DNA of 64,000 nt from Octopus vulgaris (GCA_951406725.2 OX597814.1:100192001-100256000); one strand, 5' to 3'. Shown: positions 45,145 through 60,024, counted from the stretch's first letter. Numbers and translations are program-made. The notes: a model not told the origin generated them from the sequence alone.

Positions 45145-45284
45145 ATAATTTAGGGTATCTAAGAGATACCTCCACGCTGGAAATAGCAGCCAAATGTTGA
45201 CTCTAAAACCACATTAAATGTTTTAGAGTCAAGTTTTGGCTGTTACTTCCAGCATGGAGGTATCTCTTAGATACCCTAAATTAT
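45145..45284. repeat. Foldback hairpin of 140 bp (arms about 65 bp)
   Basis: ataatttagggtatctaagagatacctcca... / ...tggaggtatctcttagataccctaaattat. Confidence 0.92.
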
Positions 45285-45371
45285 GATTTTAATCATTATT
45301 ATTACCTTTTTAAGGTTTTTATTCCCATGCTGGCCACTTGATAGGATCGATAATTAAACCTAAGATCTTAT

Positions 45372-45499
<128 letters not shown>

Positions 45500-45563
45500 G
45501 GCGGTGCCCCAGCATGGCCACAGCTCATAAGCTGAAACTGGAAAAATCAAAAAAATCAAAATC
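45500..45563 (+). mobile_element. Solo LINE/SINE 3' tail in (TA)n
   Basis: ggcggtgccccagcatggccacagctcataagctgaaact followed by (aaaatc)n. Confidence 0.75.
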
Positions 45564-45584
45564 ATATATATATATATACAAATA

Positions 45585-45663
<79 letters not shown>

Positions 45664-46145
45664 TATATACATATATACACGCACAAACACACTCACACAC
45701 ACACATATATAAACTTAATATAAGCACCAGTTTGCAATATTTCCCCAAGAATGATAATTACAAATGTCCCTAAATGTGACTAGGGTGTTAGGAAACACCT
45801 ACATAGCTAGAAATAAGAGCTAAACTGCTCTAATGCTATAGTTAACGCACATGTATAAAAACATATGTACTAGTATATGTATGTATGTGTGTATGTATTT
45901 ATATATGTGTGTGTGTGTGTGTCTACGTATGTGTGAGGGCTTATTATATCAAAAGTAAACTGTCTACTTTGAGTTTCCTCACATCCAGGGCAGATTTCGG
46001 AAAGCGGACAGTCCAACAAGGGTGAAACACAAAGTTGGGGCCCAAATTTTGATATAATAAATATATTCATCTAGAGTTACATAGCATTTTGTATCAGATA
46101 ATGTTCAACTCTGCTTTAAATTGTATTTTAATATACCTTCTCGCC

Positions 46146-46186
<41 letters not shown>

Positions 46187-46207
46187 TATATATATATATG
46201 TTGTATG

Positions 46208-46286
<79 letters not shown>

Positions 46287-46375
46287 GTACTTACGAATGT
46301 ATTTATTTGAAATGACTATATATGTGGGTCTATATATTTATATACACACATACACACGCAGACACAATCGCGTAG

Positions 46376-46407
<32 letters not shown>

Positions 46408-47287
46408 ATAACAGCGTGATGCAGCAGATAATCACAAGCTCCCTCCCTGGCTCAGCGGCCACTGAGCCAACTGTGACGGATGAAACCTCTTCTTAGAAGT
46501 CTTTGACACTGTATAGCAGAAACTGCATGAGCCGCTGCTAGCTGAAATTTATGAAACGTGAATCAGTGAGCCTGCCTCCAAGCTCACATGATTCTGTGTG
46601 ATTATAAATCTCACATGACAACTACACGGTTCTGCTATCAGTCCTACTTCCATTCTTTCGAGTCGACTAAATTATATTCGGCTAACTTTCGGGAAGTGAA
46701 AAAACTTGACTAACGCTATTTTGAGAGACCGTTTCTCTTTCGGAGTTTTTCATACTTTACCCTTTGTCTTAGTTTCAATTTCTGAACGCCACTTCGCTCT
46801 TCGGTTTTAGAAAATTATTCTTGTCTTCCGGTGACCAGTCTCGTGACCTAAAGATATACCCGTGACATGGTCATCCGACCAGCTGTGTGTAATTGCCAAA
46901 TTTCTAAATGCAAACTCTACACTCTTAGAAAAAAATGGTATTTTCCTCTGTGTGTGTGTGTGTGTGTATTTCAGTGCAAACCAAGGCAAAATTGGTGCAT
47001 ATTTTGCGGTTGCTTTGGAAACTGTGACCAAAGTGTCTCCAATAGAAGTTAGTTGAAGTGGGACAACTGTAAAAACAGCAATGTCAGCAATATCTTATCC
47101 AAGATATTTAGGCACTGTCTAGTCACATGACATATGACGCCTAAATCCTCCGATCATAATCGAAAATATTCAAATGCCAATACATGCATTCATGTATGTG
47201 CGTATATATATAGGTGTCTATATGTATTTGTGCAAATATGCATTGCGTGTGTACACAAAAACACACGCGTATTTGTGTGTGTGAGAG

Positions 47288-47346
<59 letters not shown>

Positions 47347-47645
47347 ATAAATATATATAAATATAAATGTACATATATATTATTATTCTATAATATATGC
47401 ATGTATATATGTATGTTTGTATAATACATATATATTACATTTATCACAAATATGACATATATAAAACAAGCATCTACATTATATATATCAAAATATATAT
47501 GTAACGATATATATATATATTAATGGACAGATAAATATATACATTATTATGTAAATATATATATATGTAACAAATATAAATGCATCACATATATATTTGC
47601 GTGTGTGTGCGTATATATGCACCTACGCATATGTCTATATTTATG

Positions 47646-47692
<47 letters not shown>

Positions 47693-48306
47693 TCATACAT
47701 ATATATATTTACATATATACTATATATATACATATGTGTGCGTGCGCGTGTGTGTGCGTGTATGTGAGAGAGGGAGTGAGAGAGAGGATTTCTTTTGTAT
47801 GCCTGAAGGTACACACGTATGTTAAGTTGATTGGTGAGTGTATGTGTGTGAGATTGAGTGGGAGTGATTATATTCCCAATAAAGGACTTATAATAGTGTG
47901 GACAATGTCATTTGTGATATTTATATATTGAATATACAGTTGTAACAGTTAGCAGGTATCAATGACGCGTAGATTTCCACTAAACGAGATCAGTTTTTCA
48001 ATGAACGGAAATTTTTAACCGCTGTATTATATATACAAATATCTAAAAAAAATCACAATAGCATAAATGATTGAGTATTTCGCATACATTTGCGCCCTTG
48101 ACGTAATTCTCAGGCAAAATCAAAGACGGTTGATTCATAGAAATTGATACGTAAACTCCATCCTGCATGCGTAAGGAGTTTGTGTGTAAGAAAATTCGCT
48201 GAAATGGCATTTAATAAGCTGTGACAATACTATGAGATAACCGAATTGCCCTGCACTGAAATACGCACATGCGCACACGCACATACATATATACATATAT
48301 ACATAC

Positions 48307-48480
<174 letters not shown>

Positions 48481-48648
48481 GAAAGGTTTTTGTATCCGGG
48501 AGATCCAAAATGGTAAATAAAGTTATGTAAATGCAACGAAAGGACCGTAGTTAGACTTCCGGTTCGATACTAGTACGAGGGACGTGTCTAATGCGGGTCC
48601 TATGCGAACATGTATATGTTAAATGAAATTAGACAACATTGTCAAGGC

Positions 48649-48857
48649 AGTGTGAACTTTCTAGGACATTTATATTATAAAAGAATGGGTGTCTTACAGC
48701 TGTTTCGTGGATATAAGGGATATCCCTCCAATTGAACTCTACCATTTTCCTCTATTTAACTCTCTCATATCGTCTCTGATGAAGTCATATCCCTCATATC
48801 TCTGAAACAGCTGTAAGGCTACATCTCTCTTTATAAATGTCCAAGAAATTTCACACT
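48649..48857. repeat. Foldback element (arms about 72 bp) containing a hammerhead motif
   Basis: agtgtgaactttctaggacatttata...cttacagctgtttc / gaaacagctgtaag...tataaatgtccaagaaatttcacact. Confidence 0.85.
48772..48819 (+). ncRNA. Candidate minimal type I hammerhead ribozyme (stem II eroded)
   Basis: GTCT-CTGATGA-AG...CT-GAAA-CAGCTG-TA-AGGC, with palindromic stem III ACAGCTGT and a GUA site. The other arm retains the perfect stem I partner AGAC. Confidence 0.6.
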
Positions 48858-49218
48858 ACCTTTGTGGTCTCATTTTATTTAACACATATAAGTGTGTGAG
48901 TGTGTGTATGCATCCATATTTGTATATAAAGATATAAGGATGCATACATGTATATGTGTGTATGTGTATAATCATATATACATGACGATGCATGTATATA
49001 CATGTAAACAGTTGGGCAGTGACACACACACTGAATGTGCACATGTATGCACACATTCATATATATATATATACATACAATATTAAACGTTTTGCTGATG
49101 TTTAGAATTAGGTTAGTGTGTTCTTGAATACAGGATTTTTAAACAATAACACGAATACTAATTCTACTACTACCACTACTACTACTACTGCTACTGCTGT
49201 TGCTGATGATGATGGTGG

Positions 49219-49255
<37 letters not shown>

Positions 49256-49746
49256 AATAATAATAAGGTACTCAGCCACTCCCCAAGCCATATATTCGTA
49301 AGGTCTGTTCCAGGAATCTGTGACGTATATCCCTATCGCTGGACGGGACACCGCGTTACTAATATTTTTCAGCGCAGTGTAGTAACAGAAAATGAAGTGT
49401 TTTCTTCATCAGCACAATGCATTGTGTTATCTTGGTATCGAAACCACAATCTTATTAGCGCAACTGCAACATCTTTAACCAGTATTCCACGGACATCCAC
49501 AATAAAACATTTATAGCAATATAGATGTCCGTAGAACAAACATATGCAGTTTCTCTGACTGCCTCCTTCTCCCACTCTCTTAATTACAGAATATACACAC
49601 AAAGACACGCGCACGCACGCACACACGCGCATACACACACACACATATATTGCGACCTCTCATTACCTCATTGAATGAGGATTAATTTTATGAGAAAAAG
49701 TACGATTAGGGAGTTCCCTATGCGAATATAACTATTTGTCTGTCTG

Positions 49747-49780
<34 letters not shown>

Positions 49781-49944
49781 CATCTATCCATCTATCCATC
49801 TATCTATTTATTTGTTTATATATATGTGTGTGTGTGTATGTGTGTACGTGTGTGTAAGTGTGTGTATTTATATATTTGTATAAATATATTTACTTACATA
49901 TGTATGTGCATGTGTGTGTGTTTGTATCTAAATTCAGTAGGAAT

Positions 49945-50070
49945 TCAGTTTGTAAGCCTAGTACTTTTTCTATCGCTCTCTGTTGCCGAACCGCTAAGAT
50001 ATGGGGACGTAAACAGACCAGCATCGGTTGTCAAGCGACGGTGGGCGGGACAAACACAGATACGCAAACA
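49945..50070 (-). mobile_element. SINE family A 3' portion
   Basis: taagcctagtact...ttgccgaaccgctaag..atggggacgtaaac...ttgtcaagcg matches 34860-34945 and 63300-63400. Confidence 0.75.
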
Positions 50071-50092
50071 TATAGTATGTGTGTGTGTGTGG

Positions 50093-50131
<39 letters not shown>

Positions 50132-50756
50132 TGTGTATGTAAGTGTACATATATATTCTTTATGTGCGTGTGTATATATACTGATACAGATAGATATATG
50201 CTAAGTAGTGGATAATATATTGGAAGTATAATTCTCTGCGTGAGAAACAAATTAGCCGTGCAATACACACAGATATAATATTTTATAGAATTAATCCATT
50301 TTCTCAGAAATGCGTAAACTTGTACTTTCGAAAATTTAATCATATTCATTTCATCGACGTATATATACATATATATGTACATGTGTACTTTAAATATATG
50401 TATATGTGTGTGTATGTGTTTGTGTTTGTGTGCGTTTGTGTGTGTCTCTGTGCTTGTATGTGTCGTTCTATGTGTCTGTGTATCTATATATGCATAAATG
50501 AACAAGCGCCCTCGCACGCACACACACACACACGCAGAGAGTTATGGCAGTGCAAAGAAGAAAAATTTAAAAACTGGTAAAAACGACTGCACACGGGCAC
50601 ACACACACACACACGCATCCCTAATTAAGTATAGCGCAAACACGAGAATCAAAAATCAGATATATTCGCAGTCTTAACAAATTGAATGGTTATGTATATA
50701 TATATCTATATATATACTTTAGAACGTGCTTCTTTTCTGATATATGTTTTATATAC

Positions 50757-50816
<60 letters not shown>

Positions 50817-50823
50817 GCACACA

Positions 50824-51009
50824 CGGGGTGAATGAAAAGTAACTCGCTATTTTAAAATGCTTATAAATCATTTATCAATTTTTGCGTTCTTATCTTTGAA
50901 GTATAAATAAAACTACATACGAAAAGCTTTTTTTCATATCCATTTGTGTTTTCAATTACAATTAATAAATAATTTGTAAGAATTTTGAAATAAATACTTT
51001 TAAATTACC

Positions 51010-51012
<3 letters not shown>
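50824..51012. mobile_element. Degenerate Tc1/mariner-type MITE (about 190 bp)
   Basis: Imperfect TIRs cggggtgaatgaaaagta / tacttttaaattaccctg; TA follows the right end. Confidence 0.5.
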
Positions 51013-51047
<35 letters not shown>

Positions 51048-51796
51048 TTATATTTATGTATGTATATATGTGTGTGTATAATGTGCTATATGTTCTCACA
51101 CAAAGATACACGTAATTATACATAAATAATACGTTGCATATGCATATATATGCGTGTATGCATCCGTGTATTTTCGTAAGGGTGTCGAAATTTTGGTGAC
51201 TCTTGGTCGGTAACTAATTAGGGATATGAATGAGCCTGTCGAAATCCTGTCTTTTTCTTTTTTCCTTGTATTTCTTCGTTGCCCACCCGTGCCAAATTTT
51301 ACACACACACACAACACAAGCATACTAATAATAAATCTATGACTATCTATCTATCTTTCTATCTTTCTATTTATTTATCTATCTATATATCTATCTGTCA
51401 CAAATAACGTGATAATATATATGTTAACAAGTTCTATAAGTTCAATGTGCACAGGTAGTGGTCCCATTTTGTTAGAACTTGCTGTTGTTGACATAGAATC
51501 CAGTATATATTAAGTTTTGGTACTTAGATTATTGATTGACTAAATTACATATGAGGCAGTAAACCGGACATGTTTTTGTTGTTAACACATAAGAGCAAAC
51601 ATTTATACAAGCACAGAGATTCATGGGAATGTGAACATACATAAACACACACACGCACAAAAAACCAAACACACACAAACATACGCACAAAGACAAACAT
51701 ACACACACAAGCACACACACATATACATGCCTATGTAAATATACAAATATATTGTTATATATGTACATACGGTCATATGTATCTTAATGCGCACAC

Positions 51797-51831
<35 letters not shown>

Positions 51832-51836
51832 TATGT

Positions 51837-51878
<42 letters not shown>

Positions 51879-51888
51879 GAATGTATGA

Positions 51889-51931
<43 letters not shown>

Positions 51932-52267
51932 TATATGTAAATAAATATATACAAGTATACATGGATATATATTATATATAAATTTGTGCGTGTGCTTGTG
52001 AGTGAGATAGAGAAAGAAAGGGTATGTGTGTATGTGTGTGTGTGTGCACGCGGGTCTGTGTGCGTATGGTTGTGTGTATCTGTATGTGTGTGTATGGTTA
52101 TAAATACTTAAAATAATCCGATGCGTAAAAAGTGGGTTCCTAGATCTTATTTACCAAGGATGCGCATTTACCATAGTGAGTGGAATAAAACTTGATTGCA
52201 CAATATCAAACCAATAAACTGAAAGACTCTAAATGTGTTGAAACAACTGAAATGATTTTAAGACATA

Positions 52268-52319
<52 letters not shown>

Positions 52320-52333
52320 TATATATATTCATA

Positions 52334-52375
<42 letters not shown>

Positions 52376-52419
52376 TATAAACATATGTATATATATATTC
52401 ATATATATATCTAAGTACC

Positions 52420-52707
52420 CTTAAGTTACCTCAAAATATTATCAATAAATTCAATTAGAGCCGACCTATAGGCAACTTGCATATATGTATCTTTGTGCGC
52501 GCGCTCATACATGCGAATGCACATGCACCTATACCGATATCTACATATATAAATCAATCTGTCTGTCTGCCTGTCTCTCTCATTTTACGTGTGTGTGTGT
52601 GTGTGTGTGTCTGTGCGTGTGTTGTGAAATATCTTAATACGCACACACACAAATGGACAATTGGATGCATTATTGCAACAACTTAGCAATGATTTGTCGC
52701 TCTATGC

Positions 52708-52751
<44 letters not shown>

Positions 52752-52804
52752 CATATGTATATATATTTGCATATATATAACTAAATATATGTAAATATAT
52801 ACAT

Positions 52805-52837
<33 letters not shown>

Positions 52838-53362
52838 AATATACCCCCCTACATATATAACAATATAAATAATATATATAATATAATAATATAATATAGT
52901 ATAATATAATATAATATAATATAATATAATATAATATAATATATATATATATATATATATATAAACATATAAATATATATTTATGTATATGACCACTAAA
53001 TCCGCAACTTTTCTTATTTGCCCTACGTTTATTTCCCCGCATTTCTTTGTGTTGAAGAGCGTATGCTTGAAACGTAAAAGACTTTCACACCTTCCCGAGC
53101 ATCAAACTAATACACTAGCTTCTTGTTTATACACCTGTCTCTATCTTTTTTTTTTTGTAAATTTCTAATATATATATATATATCAAGATAGATAGATAGA
53201 TTGAGAGAGAGCGAGAAAGAGATACATGTGCATATCCATATATGTTTATGTGCATTCACATACAAATGCGTGTGTGTGTGCACGCGCGCAGACACGTATA
53301 TACATGTTGCCTATAGTTCGGTTCTAATTGAATCGATTGATAAGTTTCTGAGGTAACTTAAG
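52420..53362. repeat. Long-range inverted repeat (arms 57-95 bp, spacer about 750 bp)
   Basis: cttaagttacctcaaaatattatcaataaattcaattagagccgacctataggcaac versus gttgcctatagttcggttctaattgaatcgattgataagtttctgaggtaacttaag. Confidence 0.8.
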
Positions 53363-53489
53363 TATTCCTGTCATCAAAATTTTGAAAATTGATGTACATG
53401 TAACCGATACAAAAACAATAATAGCAACAACAACGAAATAATAATGATAATGATGATGATGATGATAATGATGGTAATAATATTAACGG

Positions 53490-53870
53490 ATTCAAATTTT
53501 GGCACAAGATTAGCAAATTTGAAGGTGAGGATAAGTTGATTATACCCACTCCAGTGGGTATATGCAATGATGAAAACCAAACTCGACTTCGGCGGAATTT
53601 GAACCCAGAAAGCGAAGACGTACGAAATGCTGCTAAAACCTCTGTCCGGTAGGCTAATGATTCTGCCAGCTTGCTGAATTATGATTATTATTAATAATAA
53701 TAATAATAATCATTTCTGAAATTTTCGGTGAGTGTGACTAGTCAATTACATTTACCCCCAGTGAATAACTGGAACTTAATTCATCTGCCCCGAAAGTGTG
53801 AAATTTAAATTTAGCCTCGGCGCAATTTGAACTCAGAACATATCCCTTAGGCTAACGATTCTGCCAGCTT
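53490..53870 (-). mobile_element. Two degenerate SINE family B copies in tandem, separated by (AAT)n
   Basis: cggcg.aatttgaac.cagaa and taggctaa.gattctgccagctt each occur twice. Confidence 0.7.
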
Positions 53871-53881
53871 CCTGTATTATG

Positions 53882-53924
<43 letters not shown>

Positions 53925-54094
53925 GCAACAACAACAACAACAACAGCGCTACTGCTAATGATATTAATTATTATGAAAGACAGTCCTAATTATGTTTAGG
54001 GATATTCTTTAGCGTGATTTGGTCTTACTGATTTTGTAAAAGATGAACAATGACGATCGAATCTCCTGTGGTTCACCACTAGTCATCACTCCCC

Positions 54095-54152
<58 letters not shown>

Positions 54153-54634
54153 CACACACACACACACACACTTTTCTTATTATGCAAAGTATCCCCCAGC
54201 TCGGCAAATGTAGTTGACAGCTGACGCGAAAAAGAGAAAAAAAAATGAAGAATATTTGCATAGATATTTCTCATTGAATATATCGTGATACACCGTATCA
54301 GTTTCCAGGAGTAGTAGTATATATTGGGTAGGATTTAGGATTTAAATATTGGGAGTTCTAACAATTTATCATAATAATAAACAATTCTAACTTGATAATC
54401 TAGTAAACAGCATCAACTAATCTGCAAGTTACCACTGCAATTATACAGATCCTATGCAAAGTTGTTAGATCGGCATACAAAGCTATAGAGTGGAAGTGTT
54501 CTAACTTTTTCTGACTAATATATATATATAAATGTATGTATATAACCAAAATAAGCAACAAAAATATCCAGAGGTAATGCAGTACGATCAGTTCCCGCAG
54601 CTCCATTTAATTCAACAATATAACCATTACATCA

Positions 54635-54755
<121 letters not shown>

Positions 54756-54883
54756 TGTATGTATGTATGTATGTATGTATGTGTATATACATGTATACAT
54801 TCATTATTCGTATGCTTACAGAAACCTAGGTCTGTTAGGAACATACAAATGATTAAATCGCATGGGCCCAATCACACTGTTTT

Positions 54884-54942
<59 letters not shown>

Positions 54943-55125
54943 GTATGTATGTATATATACATATAGATGTGTGTGTGTTATAAAGTAGGAGCAGGAAAAA
55001 TTGCACAAGATATACGTCCGAAATAATATTGTATTAATAGATAGATGTATAAATATATAAAGTATGATAATATATTATATATATATATGTATATATATAT
55101 GTGTATATATATATGTATATATATA

Positions 55126-55253
55126 TCAGCCGAAATTGCTAGGATGATCCGGTTCTTGACTGAAGATTGAAGGCTTCGAATGTCCCGTCCGTGTTTTTGT
55201 ATCGTCTTCTAAATGTTTTACGTTCTTGTCCCAGTTTGTATTTTTTCTACATA
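55126..55253 (+). mobile_element. Solo 3' fragment of the 843-bp unit family in (TA)n
   Basis: tcagccgaaattgctaggatgatccggttcttgactgaaga...tttttctacata is a diverged reverse complement of 24112-24238. Confidence 0.9.
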
Positions 55254-55306
55254 AAATATATATATATATGTATACTTATATATCTACATATATATATATT
55301 TTCATG

Positions 55307-55337
<31 letters not shown>

Positions 55338-55850
55338 CTATATAAATATATAGATAAAAGACATGTATATATAGATAGATAATATATATATGTATATATA
55401 TATATATAATACTTATGCGCATATATGTATATGTATAATACATATATAATACTTAAACGAAACAATTTTAATGTGTGTTCACGCATAAACATGTTGTTTA
55501 CATATATATATGTGTGTATGTGTGTGTGTGTGTGTGTGTATACATACATACACATATGAATATATATACATATATATATATATAAATATATACATATATA
55601 TATATATATATACATATATGTATATATATATGTATATATATATATATTTATATATATGTATATATACATATATGTATATATATATATATATTTATATATA
55701 TGTATATATATATATATATATATATACATATATTTATATATATATATACATATATATAAATATATATATACATATAAGTATATATGTATATATATATATA
55801 CATATATATTTATATATATATATACATATATATATACATATACATATATT

Positions 55851-55896
<46 letters not shown>

Positions 55897-55972
55897 TATA
55901 TGCATATAAAAACAGATTAGTTGAAAGGTAGGGGTATTAAGATTTACAATAAACATACTCGTACAAACATAC

Positions 55973-56023
<51 letters not shown>

Positions 56024-56843
56024 GCACACATTTATCTATACAGAGTTTATAATATTTATTTGTAAACGTAATAGTAAGATTTTTATTTTGGACTATTTTC
56101 GGCCCAGTGTGTTTCTTTTGAACTGATAAAACGGTAAGTTGAAAACAGTGATCATTAGCAAATAATCAGTCTTAATTACTGTTTTATTTCAAACACACTG
56201 CTCGATCGAAACTCCCACAAAAGTTTCTTGTGCACTTTTGGAACAGTGTACAGTGATGCAAAAATTCAGAGCAGATGTACAAGTTTTGCCTTTGACTACT
56301 ATTTAATTGTTTATAAGCATAGATAATCCTGTAGCTGTTTACAATGCTCATAAGCCATATAAACTGAAACGGAGAGAAATGTTTGCAAATATTAAGCGTT
56401 TTACCTAGGCCGTATAATATGCTTGGGCTTGGTTTACGCTGGTTATAAGTCCGCAGAAGGGGTCCCGCTGAATTTTTCAGTATTCTCTCTATGACATGTA
56501 TTGCAAAATACTCTTGAGTTCAAATGCACAGATCTTGTGATTAAAGTATCAAAATATGAATTAAAATAAAGAAGAAAGTTGAAAATTAGAGTAGTGATTA
56601 AGAAATATGTTTTTTTTTTTAAAACACAGTGTCTGCTGCATTAAGTTTGAACCTAACAGCGAAAGCGACGTCAGCGGATACGAATTGCAAAAAAAATGGT
56701 ACTAAAGGGAGCAGCATCTTTATTTTCTTATTCCAAATAGAATTAGTATTGGTGGAGTCGGTCGAAGTAGAGCACTGATGTGAGTGTGTGCATAAATATA
56801 TATTCACTACAGTAAAAGGTATTATATATATATATGTGTGTGC

Positions 56844-56908
<65 letters not shown>

Positions 56909-57049
56909 TATATGCATGTATGTACGTATGTATATAAATATATATATATATGTTATATATACTTACATACATCCATATATCCATAATTGCACAAACACAA
57001 ACACACATACATATATATACATGGAAATATATACATATATATGCATACG

Positions 57050-57104
<55 letters not shown>

Positions 57105-57425
57105 ATATGTATGTATGCATATATCTATATATATATATATATTTATAAACCAATATATAAGTGTATATGCGTGTCAGTGTTTATGTACATACACATGCAT
57201 ATATATATGCATGTATGCATAGTATATTCATATAATTGCGGGTATACTTATGTTAATATATATGCGTCTATATACGTAAATGTGTATATATAGGCATTAA
57301 TCACACACATTATGGATATATATAGATGGATCGATAGATACATACATGCATACATATATATATATATACTTATAGACACCCACACAATAAAGATTACCAA
57401 ACAGCTGTAAATGAATGATGTAAAC

Positions 57426-57430
57426 ACCTG

Positions 57431-57503
<73 letters not shown>

Positions 57504-57504
57504 T

Positions 57505-57588
<84 letters not shown>

Positions 57589-57605
57589 GATAGATAAACA
57601 CAGGT
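57426..57605. repeat. Head-to-head (TATC)n/(GATA)n palindromic microsatellite
   Basis: The strand switches at about 57503; the flanks acctgt/acaggt are also complementary. Confidence 0.9.
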
Positions 57606-58371
57606 ATATATATTCTTAGATCGGTAATGAACTATTTATAACTATCAATAGAATTACCTTTCTTAAACAATGAATATTTAGATACACATTTCAACCTCAT
57701 AAATTATTACTAAGTTTCGTTATTCTTCCATTATAATTATGTTAACTATATCGATATAAGGATTTAATTTATTTGAAAACGAAAATAAACGAATACAGAA
57801 TTTTTGTGCATAGTTGGATATCCAGAATTATTCTGTATATTTAACAAAATAAATGTTTAATTAGACCACACAAAAGCTTGGCAATTGTATATCTATACAT
57901 ATATGTTTCATCTTGTATATCTTCTGTTTTTCACTTCTATCAGTCGACTGACTGGCCATTCTGGGGCACCACCTACACATATTCACACAGATATATACAC
58001 ATATGTATATTAATATATAAATACATATAAATATATATATATATATACACATATATACATAGATACACACACACACGTATATATACATATGCATATATAC
58101 ATATTTATACATGTCTATATATACATACATACATATGCATATATATTCATATATATACATATGTATATATACATAGATACACATATATAAGCATACATAT
58201 ATACCATAAATATGCATATATATATATATATACGTATATATAAATTTACACACATATATATATATATATACATCTGTATATAAATAAATATATATATATA
58301 CAATGCATATATATATATAAATATATATTTATATTCATATATATAAATACCTGTGTGCCTGCGTGTGTGCC

Positions 58372-58424
<53 letters not shown>

Positions 58425-58450
58425 ATATATATCCATATCAACATTCAGAG

Positions 58451-58497
<47 letters not shown>

Positions 58498-58983
58498 GTA
58501 TGCTTGCTTTCATACATTGGTGTCTTTATAGTTTAGCGATTGAAGCTTAGTTTCATTAGTGCTGGCACGTGCGTGAAAATGAATTTGTACGCGTATGTAA
58601 ATATGAAGGAAAAAAACACGGAGGGAATAACACGACGGAATATGCAAATTAGCTGACACATGCATCTGGTAGAGTACCATACCAGTTTTTACACACAACC
58701 AGAATAATATATACGCACTTAAAAACTTGTTCGTGCGTGCATATTTATGTGTAAATATATATATATATATGTAGCTATGTATTGTATATATATATATATA
58801 TATATATATAATACACATATATATATACATGTATATATGTATACACAATACATACACATATGTATATATTACTATATATCATATTACCTGTGTATGCATT
58901 TAATTATAAAATTTATATACATGCAATAAATATATGTGCATAAATGTTTATATATATATATATATAAAATATATATATATATA

Positions 58984-59313
58984 GGCGCAGGAGTGGCTGT
59001 GTGGTAAGTAGTTTGCTTACCAACCACATGGTTCCGGGTTCAGTCCCACTGCGTGGCACCTTGGGCAAGTGTCTTCTACTATAGCCTCGGGCCGACCAAA
59101 GCCTTGGTAGACGGAAACTGAAAGAAGCCCGTCGTATATATTTATATATATATATATATATATGTCTGTGTTTGTCCCCCAACATCGGTAGAGGCCGATA
59201 GAATAAGTACAAGGCTTACAAAGAATAAGTCCTGGGGTCGATATGTTCGACGAAAGGTGGTGCTCCAGCATTGACACAGTCACAAACTGAAACAAGTAAA
59301 AGAGTAAAAGAGT
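58984..59313 (+). mobile_element. tRNA-derived SINE family A, near full length
   Basis: A-box-like tggctgtgtgg, B-box-like ggttcagtccc, internal TA tract, 3' tail ggtggtgctccagca...actgaaacaagtaaaagagtaaaagag; flanked by TA tracts. Confidence 0.9.
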
Positions 59314-59338
59314 ATATGTTCATACTTATATACACAGA

Positions 59339-59410
<72 letters not shown>

Positions 59411-59963
59411 TGTATATATATATGTATATATATATGTATATATATATATAGATATACATATATATAATATAGATAGATATAGATATACATATATATAATG
59501 TGTATAATGTAAATATATATATATATATAAATACATATATTTTTATATGTATATATATGCATGTATATGTATATATATGAATATATCATATATATGTATA
59601 TATATAAATATATATCATATATATGATATATATATATATCTTACATATATATTTTTATACTATATAATATATATGAAAATATATTATATATACATATATA
59701 TACCTATGTATATAATATATATATATACATATTGTATATATATGTGTATATATATTGTATATATATATATATATATATATGTGTATGTTATATATATTAT
59801 ATATATTATATATATTATATTTATACATATATATATTATATACATATATATATATATCTTATATTTATATATATTATATTCATATATGTATATACACACA
59901 TTTAAGGCGATTTCCCAGCATGGTCACTCTCTGTTGACTGAAACAAGTAAATACAAAAATAAG

Positions 59964-60024
<61 letters not shown>

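Noticed and set aside
56095-56300. Tc1-like terminal motifs (cagtgtg, cacactg, tacagtg)
   Set aside because: Too short and degenerate to define paired TIRs.
58984-59060. tRNA gene
   Set aside because: The A/B-box-like head continues into a multicopy SINE body and has no complete cloverleaf.
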